Shown one piece after another: positions 12,352 through 24,400 of a stretch of 64,000 bases of DNA (position 1 is its first letter; each line of letters opens with the position of its first letter). The stretch is from Raillietiella orientalis (taxonomy: Eukaryota). The notes beneath the pieces are model-generated. The model had not been told where the DNA came from, made no database searches, and saw only the letters and a list, made by a program, of their open reading frames with translations. Made by a program: the position numbers and the translations under genes. The DNA lies in assembly GCA_036172245.1 (NCBI GenBank), contig JAYWIR010000023.1, forward strand, positions 1,178,001 to 1,242,000, read 5' to 3'.

Positions 12352-14888
12352 AAAAAATGCAAGTTACGAAGTGAGAGTATTTATGCCATCCCCCACCCGC
12401 CCACCCATGCTTATTTTCCATTTTAGATTTTTTTTTTTTTAAAAAAAAAGATGCCTACATTCTAGTGAATTGCCCTTTTTCTTTAGACATATTTCCCAGG
12501 TTCTGGTTCCCTTTTAAATTTCCTGTATGATCATTCGGTGTCATCAAACAAGCTGCTCGGGCGGGTGCTTCTCATATCGCCTTCCTTTTCGTAGTTTCGA
12601 AGCTCCTTTATAAAAAATAGTGCTCTATCCAGAGATCGCTCAAACAAGGTGCTCATTAAAATGATGTAAACTCCAGAACCTGCTTCCATTTGAGAATGTG
12701 GTGCTATCTCGATGAAAGATTCGAATTTTTTCGCAAACAAAACTTTCGGTTTATAGGAAAAATCTTCGAAGGACATGATCGACTATACTGAATCTGAATA
12801 GAAAACAGCCAGCCATGGTAGTGTGGGACACAGTGTCGGCGCTTCTTTGACAGCTCAGTCGACGCGTGTTGATATCCTACCGCAAAAGCTCGGACTTTTC
12901 CGTCCGCGCCTTTACACTACGAGATTTTCCCGTGTTCGTCTCTTCAATCCCTAATCACTTGTGTGTTTGGAGAAAACACTGAAGCATAGTTTCAGGAGTT
13001 TCAGGAGTTCCGGCATCATGGGAATGTTGACATTCGTATCTTCTCCAAACATGACAACAAATTTCTCAGGGCGAGTGAACTCTATCGGCATTGTTCTCCA
13101 AAAGCACACAGTTTTTATAAATACGTTGAAAAACCACATTTAGGAATCACATACCAGCTGCTTGGAAGATGTCTCTCGAAATACAAACTTTTTCTTACTG
13201 TTTCTCATTTCGTTGCTTTTTTATTAAATTTGATTTCACCGAGATATCGAACTCTTGGTCTTATTGGTATACAAGTTAGGTGCATCCATGGTTCTCAAAT
13301 ATGATTTTCCATTATAATTTCAAAGTTTTGAACGTTTTGAAGCTCAAAAATCCAGCCGATTTCGATTTTCTAGTTTAATGGGAGGACGTCCACTCTCCCA
13401 GGCTCATTTTTCGAAAGTCAATCTTTGAAACTGGTGACAAAGAACTCAGTTCGCATATTGGTCTTAAATTCTTCTTGATTTCTTCGTTGAGGAAAGAATG
13501 CAAAGTATCAATTTGAGCATTTGGCGGATTTGTCAAGTTAATTGCCAGTACGGTTAATTCATTGCCGTTAATTTGATTGTAACTTGGTCAGCCTGCAGTG
13601 CTGCTTTCGCGGAGCAAATCTTTGTTTTCCTTTTCAGCTATGCCTGGATTTTGCTGAGGAATATTCCTTCCTGTTGCTCCAACAAGCAGTCAGCTGTGCG
13701 CGAAGAGGAGCAAAACTGATGGCAACTTCAGATCCATCCGATATACATCGTTTTCTTGCCTTGGAAACAAGCGTGTTCCTCAGGCTCGAACGATTGCATC
13801 CCGTTATCGAATGAGAATTCCACGTGCTTAATGAAAATAGGAACAAGGAACCATATCAAAGGCAAAGTAAACAAAAGAGGAATAAGGTTCGAATTTAAGG
13901 AACCCGGAGTTCCTGCTTCAGCCGAAGGCGTGGATTTTCAGTTGCGTTCTTACTACCGGCGACCAGTAACATCCTGGGCAGGCAGCAGAGGCTGCTGTGG
14001 ATTTTGTTTTCTGCGGTCTATGAAACTGAGCTGACCTGCTGATGCTGTGGTCGCAGTTCAAGCTTTTCCGCTGTGCTTCTCTGGCACTCCTAAGATGTGT
14101 GCTTTTGTTATCTGTGACCTGGATGATATTGCCAGCTTCCATATTTTTGCTCCGTAAGTTTTTTAAGGATTACTGCACTCACTTTGTTTGAACAAGAGTG
14201 AAGATGCACATTCTACTGAAGCACCTATTTCCTGAAATTTCGGTCCATAAACTTTTACGTCTTCCGTTTCAAGTAAACTTATTTCAAATACCTTGGATCT
14301 AGGCTCATGGAAAATATTTTTCAAGTATCAAAAACAAAAACTGTTCCTGGCTATTGGTCTGCGCTATTGAGGGATAGCTTGTGAGAATCTTCTTTAAGTC
14401 ACAACGATAGCAATCCATAAATAGGTAAAGGAAACCCTAAGGAAGCAGGTTTTCATATCTTAATAGTGTTTGCGCAAGAAGATGAAGGAATTTTTTGCTT
14501 TGTTGAAGTGAAACACAATATCGCAAGGAGTGTTTCCTTCGGAAAATAAGCATGGGAATGCCTAAACCATTGCTTTTTGACTTAGATACCGATCTTGAGG
14601 GAGTAAAAACGTTGCTGAGTCATTAGTTGCTTGAAACAAAATGGCACAATCGAGCTGACAACTCAGTGCATGTAGAAAATGATGATCGAAAATCATGTAA
14701 CTGCACTTTCGTCTCTTAACTTTCTTCTTTCATATGTCAACCTTTCATTATGTTGGATCTCTCTTTTTGCACCCAATGTTGCACCTTGCAAGATGACAAG
14801 TCCTCTAGACAAGACACAATTCCTAGCATTTTTTTTGATTGAAAGCATTCTCAGCTGAAGAGGAAAAAGGCTCTTTCGTGATGCTTAT

Positions 14889-14944
14889 AATAAAATTAAG
14901 AGTGAAAATCATTCAACTGTTAAATTTTCACTCTTAATTTTATT
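14889..14944. repeat. Perfect 21-bp inverted repeat with 14-nt loop
   Basis: AATAAAATTAAGAGTGAAAAT (14889-14909) and ATTTTCACTCTTAATTTTATT (14924-14944) are exact reverse complements. Confidence 0.9.
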
Positions 14945-17414
14945 TCATTTCTCTTGTATTCCGTTCTTGATATCCTTTTTTTTTTTTTTCTACGTCTTTC
15001 AGCAAGATCATTGGAATGACATCTGAATATATGGATAAGGACAGTTGGGCAATCTTCTTTCCGCGTTTTGTTGGAATATACATTAAATTACTGTTGTACC
15101 TTTTGAGCCTCGAGGATCGTAAAACCAGACATTTTACATAAATTAAAAGCATCCTACTTACGTCACAATGAAAAATTCATAACCTTTAGAGCAAACCGTC
15201 ATGGAATGAGACAAGCGATTAGACAGTGCATTTCTAAGAACTGTTGCTTTTGATTTTCAGATTAATGCGAATATTAGAAAAATGATCGTCAAGAGCCAGA
15301 ATTGTCAGAAGCTGTTTTTTGGAGATCAGTGTGGCTGATGGAGAACACAAACGTGTTCTGTCTTGCTGTTGCGAAGATACCTGGCCGATACACGAACATC
15401 GCAAACTCGGAGTTCAAAAGTGGAATATGTATCTCCAGCTCATTGTAAGAGGTCTGGAATTCTGCATCGCTTCTCGGCCTTTTGGCTAAGATCAAAGTGT
15501 GGCATTCCGCATAAGGCATTCGTGATATTTTTTCTGTTCTTAACTGAATTCGTATTCAGGAGCCAATTCGGTCATCACCTTAAGGCTACGCTGTTCCCAT
15601 GAGCTGTGTCCCGTGTAACTGGATCAAGTCTGAGGCAGTTGCTCCTCGATGCTTCCCTATAGGGAAACATGAACTGACATGGAGGACGAAACGACACTTT
15701 CTCACATATAGGCTTCCATTTCTTAATCTAGAACGTTTTTCATTCTGATGCTCGCAATTTTTCTTCGCGCTGGGATTAGACATTTGTAAGGTATATTTTT
15801 GCCGGATCTGCGGAAACACGAATTCCATTTCCATTTTCAAGAGATACCAAACGCAGTCTCTAATCGACTCAACTGATGATTCAGTGAAAAAGAACACAAA
15901 TTATTTTTGTCTCGAAATCTAGAAAAGAAAAACTATCTGGAGCACATGCAGCTATTTATAAAAATCAGGAATATGTTTACTATACGAATAAGTATGCCAT
16001 TTCGGAAACTTTGAGAGTTTCGTGACAAATGTTTTTTTCATTTTTTTATAGTAGATGTGTTTTACCATTTGTGTTTATTTCCGAAACCAGGCAGATGGAT
16101 TCCGATCTCTTCACAGATTGCTTTGCAGTGTTGTTCACTGCCGAACACGTTTCATGCTTCGTGTTTTCGTTCGGATTCCGTGTTCGAAGGTTCTGATCCA
16201 TATCAGCATCCCCTGGGAACTTCTCATGTTCTCACCGAAGGCAAAATTCTGTTTCCTGAATGATCGTACCTTTTCAGCTTGAATGTGGTGATGATCTCCA
16301 TCCAGATACGAGCGATATGCTCAAAACAAATAGTTAAGAATTGTATTAGATTTGACAACGCTGAGGGGACATTCGTTCGGACTTCGAGCGTTTTTTTTGT
16401 TTTTTTTTCTTTTGACCACAAACACCTGATTAAGTAAAGTTTCCTAACCTCCGACATGACTTGATTCGTGTCGTTTAGAGTTTCTGCTTATTCAAATAAA
16501 TTCATTCCTGTCTTATTATGAAAAACTCGTTAGCATCCCGCAATGTTTATAAATTAACGAATAAAAGAAAAGAATCGAAAATCTCAGTATTTCTGTTGTT
16601 ATGGATGATTTTTGTAAGCAGAAGTTACTCTGTCTGAAGGGTAAAAAGAAAAAAAAAAATCCATCTTACAAGGGTGACAACTGACGGGCTTCTAAAACGT
16701 TTCACGGAGGACTGAATCCTATTTAATATGTTAACGTACAGTGTGGCATTATGAAATTTCTCGATCCATTCCAAAAGCACGAGGAAAATAGCAAATTCCT
16801 TGGAGGCTGTTTTAGTTTTCGTGCACACGAAATAAAGGGAACACTAGAGATGAAAAAAGAAAGCTTTGAGAAATGGCATTTGAAATACAAGGTGCATGCA
16901 AAGGTTCAGTCCAGACTCGTGGTGAATGTGTGTTTGCAAAGGAATTTCACATACTGAATATCACATACTGTTCCTATGAAACCCGAAAGTGCTGAATAGT
17001 GGGTTTGGCCCCTTTTGGATTTGTGTCCGAGCCACACGACTTGAGCCTGTTGTTCCGAGGTTCACGAACAGAAAGCGCGCGTTGCTACGTAACGTGCAGC
17101 TGGCTGGGAAACTTCCTTGTAAAGGACTGTGGAGGCGTGTTGCTTGCAGTTTTGGTTCCCGAAACGATGCATTCGTGTGCAATTTGCAGAAACAAGTTTC
17201 ACGTGTAGCATAGAAACCTGAAGATGATCATCTTCTGTTTGTGCAGATGGAGGCAACCATTCTCGCGGAGACTGCTTCAAGGGAAGTCGAAGACTTGTGC
17301 TACCGATAAGTATTTCGGTCATTCAAAGACTTCGTAACGTTGAACCAGTAACAGACAAAGGAAAAAATGATCACAACGCAATTCGAATAGTAATTTTCAA
17401 GAATACTGTTAAAC

Positions 17415-19525
17415 ATGCAGTGTGAAAATGGTTTGTTGGAAACGATTGCTGATAGAATCAGTGAACAAGATGTCTTAAGCAATAAGTATTCTTTACTGGA
17501 GAATGTATCAAATTCTATTTGGCATGCGTTTCATTCCCTTGATGTGAACAAAAATGGAAGAGTGGGAAAGAATAAATTAAAAGTAAGTTTTTCATGCAAC
17601 TAGTAGCGAGATATGACAATTTATTTAATGTTACCTTTATCAAAAACAATAATTTTCGAAAGGAAATTTTTGATCATGGAAAGTAATCACTTGCACTTTA
17701 AAGGTTTTAGCCTCTAGCATGGGATCCCTTCTGAATGTTTTTGGTATTGAAAAAGGCCTTGAAGATTATTCCGATCTTCCGAATCTCTCATTTGAACAAT
17801 TCAAGAATTATTTGAGAGGAGAATTATTTGTATCATTACCCAGTGAGCTGGGTAACGAGCACAAAAGGCAACTTGAATGCTATGTAGATGAAATGTGTTG
17901 GTTGGTGTGTAAGCATGTACTCCTTATGCGAGATCATCCCATTTTACCAGAAACAGCAGTGTTCAACTTATTTCGTTTGTTTTGCTTATTAGCTCAGGAT
18001 GAGCCACATTCTCAATTTGGAATAGTAGTTAGTAGCTTGAGTAACATGCATGCTTGGTTTGATGGTATTGTCTAAAGACATTTTTAAATCTTATGGTCTG
18101 ATAATGACAATATGTTTGTTAGGTAGTAATGAATTCAGAAGAAGTGGGTCATGTCATTCAGAATCTAGTGCAGAGTATTGGAAAAGAATGGGACCAGCAA
18201 GACTTTCTGGAGCTGTCTCAAGCTATTTTAGATTTTACTTTCTCAGTATTTTTGTCTCTTCTGGAACACCACTATCTGCTAGATGCTGACAGGAAAGGCA
18301 TCTGTGAAGCCATTGATGATATTTGTGATTCATTAGTACGGGGTGTTCTAAAGAAAGTGAGTTGATTACAATTTGGACAAAGTTATTGCTTTAGGGCTAT
18401 TTGTGTAAAAAAGGGGATATCCTAAAAACATTTCGTCAAGGTTGGTTCGTCCTTTACACAGATGTTTTACTGTGTTATACCAATCACCATATGAAAGAAT
18501 GCAAAGAGATGATCCGTTTAAGTCCTACAATTCGTACACAGCCTTCTAGCTCTAAGCATGCCACCTTCTTCTTGTTCACAGATACTCGCAAATATGAGTT
18601 CAGCGCTGTTGATCACAAGTAGGTCAATGTTTTGTGGAAGAATTAGTTTTCACAATTTTAGAACCCGTTTGCAATGGCTCTATGCACTTCAACAGGCTGC
18701 ATCATGTTGCTGCTTACCAGATTCACCCCAGAGATTGCAAATCCAGCGTCGCAAATTAGAACGATCACAGGCACAGTTACAGGCATATTTGGAGATGGAA
18801 AAACGTAAGAGCCAGCTCTCCAGCATGGAACAAACATTGGCTGAGCTGCAAGCTGAAAAACAGGTGATTTCAGAGAGCATAATCACTTTTTAGAATGGAT
18901 GAAATGTTAGGCGCGTGCATGTGCAGAAAGAGAAGCCCATCAATTAGTCTTGCAACAAGATGAAGAAAGACAGAAGTTGCAGGATCTGTTAAATATCCGT
19001 AGCAGTCTAGAGAAATTATTGGAAGAGAAGAAGCAAGCTTTGCAAGATGAGGAAATTGTGAGGACATTGCAAGCAAGGTAAGACCATATCTTGAATGAGC
19101 AAAACTGTATTCTGGGTAGAGTGTTAAGTGAAGAATGGGAGAAACGAGAGGAGTTAGAAAAGCAACAAGAGCAGCAGAAGCAGCTACTGGAGCAAGAACG
19201 GCGTAAACGGGAATTATATGAGCAGATGCAACAAGAGAAGGAAGCACAACTGAGAGAAGCACAACAGAAACTTAAGTTACTGGAAGAAGACAGACAGCGG
19301 TTAGATGAAGAACTGAGGGAAGCAAGGCAAAAAATCTTGCATTCTGAAAAAGCACAGATGGTGAAACTAAAAACACAAGAAAATTGCTTTGTGCGCCATG
19401 GAAGCTGGAGAGAAAGTGCACCACGACGTGAAGTCCCTCGACGTAGTAGTGTAGATGACATGGATGTCAAATTATTAGTCGATAATTCTCTCCTTTGGTG
19501 TGGCAAACATCCGTCTTTGCAGTGA
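17415..19525 (+). CDS. SWAP70: SWAP70/DEF6-family protein (EF-hand-like N-terminus, PH domain, coiled coil)
   Basis: Exons 17415-17582, 17704-~18027, 18123-18356, 18395-18618, 18662-18863, 18911-19077 and 19120-19525 are phase-consistent, ~574 aa. Motifs NSIWHAFHSLDVNKNGRVGKNKLKVL, DEMCWLVC, LFRLFCLLA, PH domain (VLKKGYLCKKG...WFVL...YEFSAVDHKTRLQWLYALQQA) and QALQDEEIVRTLQARVLSEEWEKREELE. The extreme C-terminus is uncertain. Confidence 0.9.
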
Positions 19526-21489
19526 CAAAAGCAATCACATCCGGTGATCAATTGACAGAAATGCTCAACATTCTGATGTATTCCATTGTCTTCCTGTGAA
19601 CTTTCTAGCATCAAGAGATGATATTTGTGCTGTCTGAGTATCTTACCCATATGTTAGTTCCGTAAACAACATATGTATATTGATAGTTTCATTATAATGG
19701 CTCTGTGATTTGTGATTTCCTTGTGATAAAGAACATTTTTCCTATTCTAAAACAAAAACAAAACCAAAAAAAGAACTTTCACCTGACAGTGGCTTTAAAA
19801 TCTGCTAATGAGAATTGGATCTTGAGTTTTGCAGAGTTCAGATGTTTCTTTGACTGATTTTCTTGGACTTTTACGACGACTTTGGTAGTTTTCTGAATAT
19901 TTTACTTGTTGAAACTGCTTGTTACAAAAAGCGAATGCTCTGCTATATTCTCTATGTATTTCTTTAATTTAATTATCCTTTATATTTCATGTCATTAGCA
20001 CACAAAAGAAATTGGATAAAGATTTGAGCTTTGAATACTGCCTATTTTATTCTAAGGAAATGTAAAAGTTTCCCAAAAATTAATCAAGAAACGAAACAGT
20101 AGCTTACAATTTATGTTTAAGATACTTGTTTAATGTACAGTGTTGTTGTGCATGAAACGAGCGTTGCTTCGATCTGTTTAGCAAGCCATGTGCAATGTGA
20201 AGGATGCTTGAAAATTAAAGTGGACCAAAGTTAAAGGAAGTGCAAAGGCCTGAACGGGCATATCTTTTTTTTTTTTCTTCTAATCCTCACGTTGTTTCAA
20301 ATCCTCATTCCCTTAACTGAAAATCTTTGTTCTTGATTTATGACGAAGGTTGGCAGTTGTTAACAAAGAGTTCTTTTGTTCCTTTTTTGAGAGGTATATC
20401 TAGCATTCTAAATGATATGAAGCAAAATTTGTATGTCAGGTAAGTATGTCACGTCATTCACATGTGTAATCATGAGTGTTTGTGTGTACCTGCCATCTAG
20501 TATTTGTTAAATGCCAGCTTCTCAGTCTGCGTGATACGGGCTATGTTTTTCATTGAAAAGCTGGGAAGAGTAATTTCATTTTGTGAGCTGTTCGTCTGAC
20601 AGTCTCCCTGGAGGCATCCAGTAGTTTCATAATTATTTTACTTGTTCTGAATCACTTGTTCTGAAAGTTTTGGTATGAAGAAAGCTTGTTCCTGAGAAAG
20701 GCAGGGAATGTATATGTCGACCACATCCGGAGTTGTGGATTTTCACCATTCTATAACCAAATTTCGAAGTCGCGTCGCTTTGCCCGCGAAAATATAAACT
20801 AAAGTGATTACTGAAAATAATGGAAAGGAATACTTAATCAGCCGTCATCGTTTCAAGTTCAGAGAGCTTCCCCATGCACAAATTGATACATTATACAATT
20901 CATTATAAAAAAAAAAACCAAAAACTTTTGTCACCGAAGAAGTTTGTGGCATAAGATCGAAATTGAACGCCAGGCCGAAGCGTCCCGCTGTGTTAAGCAC
21001 TTCGGTTTAGTGACCCGATCGGTAGAAAAAAGAAAAAAAGTCAAGGGCTTCTAAGTGTAATGAATAACGGCACACGAAATTTAGGAAAGACCTATTGCGG
21101 ACAAGTTTGCAGTGCCACCCCGGAGCTGTGCGAGAGTGTCATGGATGGCTGCTCGAAGCATCTCCCGAACAGCAGGAGCAAGAAAGAGCCCTCAACATCG
21201 TCCCCGTGCCGAAAAGCGTGACGTAAACCTGTGATGCACAAGGATATGCATTGGAACCTCTCAAGCAGTGAAGAAGTTTAAAGAACTTTGAAGCGACAAG
21301 CAGCTACTAAGCTCATTTGAACTGTGGACTCTACCATCTGGATCCGCGAGTCCAAAAAAACACTGCTGTCTGGCTTCACAAAGCAGTTTATTAATGATGT
21401 ACATTCAATATGAATAAGCTTCAAGTCTGAATCGTGAAAGCAAATTTGCTACATTTCTGTTGACAAGACGATCGGAACCACATGATCAT

Positions 21490-24400
21490 TCATGGGGCAG
21501 ATTCATCTTTTGAAGGCTGGCTTTGAAACGAAATATACCGTATGACAGTACCTTCCTTCATTAGTAGCTAAAAGTACACTAGTAAATTTGGCATTCAGGT
21601 AGCTTTGAAGTGCACCTGATTTTCTTCTCGTGTTGGAGGTTTACGAATTAACAGCATTAGAGGGGCATACAAGAAGTTGATAGTCGCAACAGCATACAGC
21701 ATCCCGGCAAACCCCAAAGCCCTCACCATGGAGCCACTTAACGCAGGTCCTAGAACAAGAGTAGTGTACAGAGGTTGCTGAAAGCATTTGGAAGTAACCG
21801 TCACGTACCTATAGTGAAACCTAAACAAAATGCCATGTCTCCAATAGCGTATACCCCTCCATATGCATGTGAATGGCGAACGTCTACCAAGTATCCCAAA
21901 TGGGGCAACATAGAAGAATCTACCATGCCGATGGCAAAGCCAAGACAGAAATTCGGGGGAATCAGGTCCTTGAAACTCTTCGCTGAAGGAATCTAACGAA
22001 AAAAAAGGATAACAAGTAGCAATCCAATAATAATTTTGGACTTGTGCTGAACACTCACAAATGACAAAGACAGTCCAACCATTATCAATCCTAGCAGCGA
22101 GCATAACCATCTAAATTAAAAAAAAAAACAGAACAAAAGAGTTAACTAGTACAGTTGAGGTTCATTTGGGCTCATTGATCGAACCTTCCTATTCTGTGTC
22201 CAAGTGGGCCAAATATGTTCGTCGTTAATAAATAGGAAATACTGGCAGGAAGAAACGCAGCTCCAAGCTGCCATCTGACAGCATTCATCGTGTCCATCAT
22301 GAAAATCGGGAGTGATGGTTCCAAGACGCCAATTCCCATGTTGCCAATGGTAATGGCTCCTGGAATGAAATCATTGTGAGAAATATATATATATATATAT
22401 ATATAAAACAAGAATCGCTGGGAAGGATTTTTGCTAATGCTGGTGAAGCATGAAATAAGATTGGGGAAACGTTCACGGTGCCAGTCTTGGCATGAGCTAT
22501 CCAGATGCAAGACTGATAATTAAAGACAGTGCATGCCTAGAGGGCGATTTCCTTGTTCCCTTGAAATTTTTTCCTTTGTTTATTAGAAATGTAATCGTAA
22601 GGAACGTTCCCAGAAATGCACGGACTTTTGGAAAAGCTAATTTTAACGTGTGACAACTTTGATGCTTCAGTGAAGCCGATCCCCTATCTCGGTACTATTC
22701 GTGAAATTCAACACTCCAGGTGATTTGGATATCTTGATCGAGAATCAGCATCCAATTTCAAATCTTTTTCCAGGGCAGCCGTGTATCTGTAGACGCCGGA
22801 AAATCATTCCGCTTTGATTGGATCTCGCCGAATTTTCTTAGACCATTACATTCGGAATGATTCGGATTCACTCTGCTGGCATCTTGCTCATCTTCGCTGC
22901 TGCAAATTGCAGCGGACAACGTGACTCTGATTAATGTGAACTCGTTCCGAAAGCCGATCTGTCCGCGAAGCAGATCGTGGATTTCGGCGAACAATGTGGA
23001 CATCCGAGAAGATATCGTGTTTGACCTCCCGCATGTGTGCACAGTGCGATGTTCAAATGGAAGCATCAAAGGGTACGACCCAAATGGTCTAAAACAGTTG
23101 AGAGGGAACTGGGAGCAAAGTAGGAAGGGACAGAGGCTGGTGACATGGCTGAATGATATGGATGGAAGATGGGGGCATCCAGTTGTCGTCGCTCCCCTTG
23201 CATCCATATGCGAAAGTGCTGGATTTTTCTTCTTCCAGGCGCGCGCAAACCACGTTCGAATCGAAACCTCGTTCGACCGGAGAGGAGAGATGCATGTATG
23301 CTGCTGCATGATGGTGCGTTCGTAAGCTGGAGACTGGTGGCATTGGTTTCGAGGCAAGTGCACACAGTGCCGATGTGATGCTCCTGGCAGCACAACGGAA
23401 TTAGGAGGACACATGGGATTAGTATAAGACGTTAGCCTTCGCGGCTCGTTTCTAAAATGGACGTACGAAAAAGTCCATTTCATTGATTTCTTGATCGTGG
23501 CAGGCGATTATCACAGGCATTCAAACGAATTGCTACTTCAATACGTAATCTCCCTATACCCTACTCTCGCATCCATCCGAACAAGTTGTTCATTCGTTTG
23601 ATGGCACATTGGGGAGGTACAGAGTAAGGTCGTGTCACATAATTCGCCACTGAAAACGTCCTCTTTGTAAATACCAATAGATTGGGTTTCTTCAGCAGAA
23701 CCATCATAGCTTTCAAACATTGGATCAAAGCACCCCCTCCGTCTGTGCAAGCAGCCGTTGTGGCTAAGGCTACACCAAGCCAACACTTGCAGCTGCTCAA
23801 ATTCACGGTGTAGTCGCACAGGCTTGGCAAAATATTTAATAGCTCCAATAACATTATTGTACCAGGCAGTGTACGCACCGGTAACTGCCCTCATCAATTT
23901 CTTCTTTGATCAATCATCGCAAAATGCCCTTCTTAAATCACCTCTTCCCTGTAGGCTGCAATGTCATCGTCCGTGTCTTCGTTTTGAGGTGTGTTTCACT
24001 TTATTTAATCAGCTCCCGGGTTGTCTTTCACTGTTTTCGCTTCACTGCTCATCTCGTACCACCACCTCGACGAAGACTCGAAAGTCCACATTCATCGGCT
24101 GTTTCATTTGCTTTCACAGGGACTGTGTGCCTTCATCCCTGTTGTGTCCCAACCAATAATTAATAGCTACGAAGAAAGCAGCTGTGAAATTTGGCTTCAG
24201 TCACAAAATTCATAAATATTGAAGAAAACGACTCGAAGTGTGATTGGGGTGTGATTCTGTTACCTTGAAAATGGTCCAGAGTGCTAGTGTATCCTTTCGG
24301 AATTATAATTAAGTTTTTACAGATAGAAGAGATAATTTCCAAAATGCAGCTTGCACCCCAATTGCTTAACTTGACCAAGTTACGTGGACGGCATCGACGT

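Noticed and set aside
18940..19650. 236-aa minus-strand ORF
   Set aside because: Antisense shadow of the SWAP70 coiled-coil exons; Ser/Cys/Leu-rich with no motif.
22758..23483. 241-aa minus ORF and overlapping 134-aa plus ORF in VMAT intron 7
   Set aside because: No recognisable domain or convincing gene structure; adjacent to a decayed transposase remnant.
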